From the NCBI GenBank assembly GCA_902766965.1, contig CACXFJ010000025.1:1-37221 (forward strand): 37,221 nt of DNA. The letters run 5' to 3'. This DNA comes from an uncultured Eubacteriales bacterium (GTDB lineage Bacteria; Bacillota; Clostridia; Christensenellales; DTU072). Made by a program: the position numbers and the translations under genes. The notes below the pieces were generated by a model. It did not search any database. It was not told the DNA's origin and saw only the letters and a list, made by a program, of their open reading frames with translations. This document shows positions 35,093 to 37,221 of this stretch, piece by piece (the first letter of the stretch is position 1; every line of letters begins with the position of its first letter).

Positions 35093-35960
35093 TCGTTCCC
35101 TCCTTTTTCTTTCGTTTCGTAATGGCTATCGCAAGCGGCGCGGCTATCACGGGGACGGCGACTATTACCGCTATCAGATAGAAAGCCCACGAATTCGGGC
35201 TGTGTTGCGTAAAATGTATTTCTCTGTCCTTTGTGCTCGGCGTCATATCGAACCTGTGAACGTAGAGTTTTTTATTGCGATTGTACGTCACCTGGTCGGC
35301 GTCGGTGGAAATAATCTTGTACGGCGTACCGTAGAAGTACGACAGTTTTATTTTTTCCTTTTCGGCTCCGAGAGCCAGACACTTTTCGTAAATCAGGTTC
35401 AAAAGATTGCCCTCGTTTTCAACCGATGAAAACGCCGTGACTGTGGAAGAATAGTAATCGTTGTAGAAAAACCCTTTTTTTACGTTAGCGGAAGACTCGT
35501 TGCTTTCGTATCCGTTTCTTCCCGTAGCGATATAGTAATCCGTCGTGCTTTCGAACGTCATGCTCGCGAGCAGTTGCCCGTTGTGTTCGTCGCAGTCTAT
35601 AGTGTATCCCATCGCCGTAAAGGCTTTTTCCAACTCCCCGAACATTTGAGGATAGCGATACACGCAGTCCTCCACAGCGCCCGCTCTCGCGAGAAAATCC
35701 TTGTCAAGGGTGACTTCGAAGGCAATATATATACCGGAATTACTGAGGGTCTGACTGTAATACCCTATTTCCGCGTCGTAGCCTCTAAGGTCGTAACCTA
35801 TATCTTTAAGTTCGTCCAGACCGAACAGTTCCGGCATATCGGTATCCGTATCCGTATCCGCATACGCGGTAAAGTCGGAAAAACAAACGGACGCCGCGAC
35901 GACTAATATCGTCGCGACGGCAAAAACGATAACTAACGGGATTTTCCTTTTTAAGGTCAA
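35082..35960 (-). CDS. hypothetical secreted/type-I membrane protein (signal peptide + C-terminal TM anchor)
   Basis: 292 aa. TTG start at 35960-35958 with AAGGAG 5 nt upstream. N-terminal signal-like helix with an AYA/D cleavage motif, a DTDTDTD stretch, and a ~225-aa Tyr/aromatic-rich ectodomain. C-terminal TM helix AFYLIAVIVAVPVIAAPLAIAI followed by KRKKKEG. No family recognised. Confidence 0.65.
   Translation of the reverse strand: MTLKRKIPLVIVFAVATILVVAASVCFSDFTAYADTDTDTDMPELFGLDELKDIGYDLRGYDAEIGYYSQTLSNSGIYIAFEVTLDKDFLARAGAVEDCVYRYPQMFGELEKAFTAMGYTIDCDEHNGQLLASMTFESTTDYYIATGRNGYESNESSANVKKGFFYNDYYSSTVTAFSSVENEGNLLNLIYEKCLALGAEKEKIKLSYFYGTPYKIISTDADQVTYNRNKKLYVHRFDMTPSTKDREIHFTQHSPNSWAFYLIAVIVAVPVIAAPLAIAITKRKKKEGTNGR
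35842..35859. repeat. perfect (GTATCC)x3 hexanucleotide tandem repeat with degenerate flanking copies
   Basis: ggtatccgtatccgtatccg read directly. On the minus strand it encodes the (Asp-Thr)n tract just after the predicted signal peptide of the 292-aa protein. Confidence 0.9.
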
Positions 35961-35973
35961 AATAACTCCTTTA

Positions 35974-37221
35974 TTACTTTCTTGCTTTTATAAGAGCGGT
36001 TAGTTCGGTAAGAGCTTCGCCGAAGTCTTTCATAGCGTTTTCGTACGGAACCTTAGTCGTAAGATCGAGGTCGACGAGAGAAAGTATTTCCATAGGATAC
36101 ATACTACTCCCCGAGCTTAAAAACATCTTATATTTATCGACGAATTTGTTATCTTTGAGAATAGCGGCGGCGATGTTTATAGCGCAGGTAATTCCCGTTG
36201 CGTATTTATAAACGTAGAAGTCGGTGTAAAAATGAGGTATTCTCGCCCATTCGTATCCGATACACTTGTCGCTTATTACGGAATCGCCGTAGTATTGTCT
36301 GTTAAGATTACGATAAAATTCGGTCATCTTTTCGGCGGAGAGAGCTTCGCCGCTTTCGATTACGCCGTGAGAGAACTTCTCGAACTCGGCAAACATAGTC
36401 TGACGGAACAGAGTCGTTCTTATCATATCGACGTAGTAAGAGAGAAGATAAATTCTGTCTTCGCCTTCCGCGGTCTTCAAAAGATGTTTTATAAGCAAAA
36501 CTTCATTGACCGTGCTTGCTATTTCGGCTACGAAAATAACGTAATCGGCTTTTTCGTAACACTGAGCCTTGTTGCTGTAATAACTGTGCATAGCGTGTCC
36601 CATTTCGTGCGCTATGGTGAACACGTCGTGAATAGTTCCTTTATGATTAAGCAAGACGTACGGGTGAGTGCCGTAAGCGCTCCAGGAATATGCTCCGCTG
36701 CGTTTGTTGGCGGTTTCTTCCACGTCTATCCAGCCTTCGCTCTTCGCGCTTCTCAATACCTTGCCGTATTCTTCCCCTAAAGGTTTCAACGCTTCGCAAA
36801 CGATTTCGTAGGCTTCGTCGTAATCGGTAAGAGTATCTCTGTCTTTTACTATCGGCATATACACGTCGTACATGTGCATTTCTTTAAGCTTCAACGCTCT
36901 CTTACGCAAAGCCATATATTTGTGCATCAGCGGAGTGTATTTCTTGACGGTTTTCAAAAGGTTGTCGTAAACCTTGACGGGAATATTCTCTCCGTAAAGA
37001 GCCGCTTCGAGACAGGATTTATATTTTCTCGCTTTCGCTTTGAAATAGTTCTGTTTAACGTTGCCGGCGTAGTTGGCGGCGATGGTGTTTATATAGGAAA
37101 TAAAACCGTTGTAGTAGGTTTCGTACGCCTGTCTTCTTATCTCTCCGTCGGGATTTTGCATAAGAACGGAATAAAGTCCGTGAGTAAGTTTTACTTTTTC
37201 TCCGTCGATTTCTATCTCACC
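35974..37221 (-). CDS. pepF: oligoendopeptidase F (M3B metallopeptidase), C-terminal ~415 aa (gene continues past the right edge)
   Basis: Zinc motif HEMGHAMH, EIASTVNE, and WARIPHFY..FYVYKYATG. The reading frame stays open from 37161 to the window edge (GEIEIDGEKVKLTHGLYSVL precedes the track Met), so this is a 5'-truncated view. Confidence 0.92.
   Translation of the reverse strand, partial: GEIEIDGEKVKLTHGLYSVLMQNPDGEIRRQAYETYYNGFISYINTIAANYAGNVKQNYFKAKARKYKSCLEAALYGENIPVKVYDNLLKTVKKYTPLMHKYMALRKRALKLKEMHMYDVYMPIVKDRDTLTDYDEAYEIVCEALKPLGEEYGKVLRSAKSEGWIDVEETANKRSGAYSWSAYGTHPYVLLNHKGTIHDVFTIAHEMGHAMHSYYSNKAQCYEKADYVIFVAEIASTVNEVLLIKHLLKTAEGEDRIYLLSYYVDMIRTTLFRQTMFAEFEKFSHGVIESGEALSAEKMTEFYRNLNRQYYGDSVISDKCIGYEWARIPHFYTDFYVYKYATGITCAINIAAAILKDNKFVDKYKMFLSSGSSMYPMEILSLVDLDLTTKVPYENAMKDFGEALTELTALIKARK

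Noticed and set aside
35842-35859. (GTATCC)x3 repeat as a phase-variation switch
   Set aside because: The unit length is a multiple of three, so slippage only alters the Asp-Thr tract length. It cannot switch the gene on or off. I kept it only as a repeat feature.
1-37221. Mobile elements, CRISPR arrays, tRNA/rRNA genes, defence or toxin-antitoxin systems
   Set aside because: No spaced direct repeats, terminal inverted repeats, or transposase/integrase/Cas-like ORFs are present. I saw no cloverleaf-capable intergenic segments. Every long ORF is accounted for by housekeeping or sporulation functions, or by the three hypothetical proteins described.

Overview
This looks like chromosomal core DNA from a low-GC, CG-dinucleotide-rich, endospore-forming Firmicute (Clostridia-like). 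That assignment is inferred from gene content and order. I call 33 genes, and all except RNase P RNA (+) lie on the minus strand. In transcription order (right to left) they are: pepF (partial), a type-I membrane protein, dnaB | tig, clpP, clpX, engB, a Cys-rich 200-aa protein | a metallophosphoesterase | a dcw cluster (mraZ, rsmH, FtsL-slot protein, class-B PBP with PASTA, murE, mraY, murD, ftsW/spoVE, murA, ftsQ, ftsA-like, ftsZ) | spoIIGA, sigE, sigG | ylmC | nrdR, RluA-family synthase | sigK | rnpB (+) | a 2455-aa cyclic beta-1,2-glucan-synthase-like protein | rarA, ABC ATPase (partial). I found no transposase, integrase, phage gene, CRISPR array, tRNA/rRNA, toxin-antitoxin pair or recognisable defence system. 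This is an ordinary housekeeping/sporulation region, and I do not claim a new multi-gene system. The items most worth a second look are: (1) an unrecognised Cys-rich, Thr/Val/Ser-rich 200-aa protein downstream of engB, possibly a disulfide-crosslinked spore-surface subunit; (2) the solitary giant GT84+GH94 glucan synthase homologue in a Gram-positive spore former; (3) a signal-peptide plus C-terminal-anchor protein translationally coupled to dnaB; (4) divergent division components (an FtsA-like protein with degenerate nucleotide motifs, and a non-FtsL-like protein in the FtsL slot); (5) several regulatory signals readable in the sequence (two probable leaderless mRNAs, MraZ boxes on the mraZ promoter, an NrdR box on the nrdR promoter, and terminator hairpins abutting downstream start codons). 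The ORF track accepts TTG/GTG as starts, and several track ORFs carry spurious N-terminal extensions, which I trimmed.
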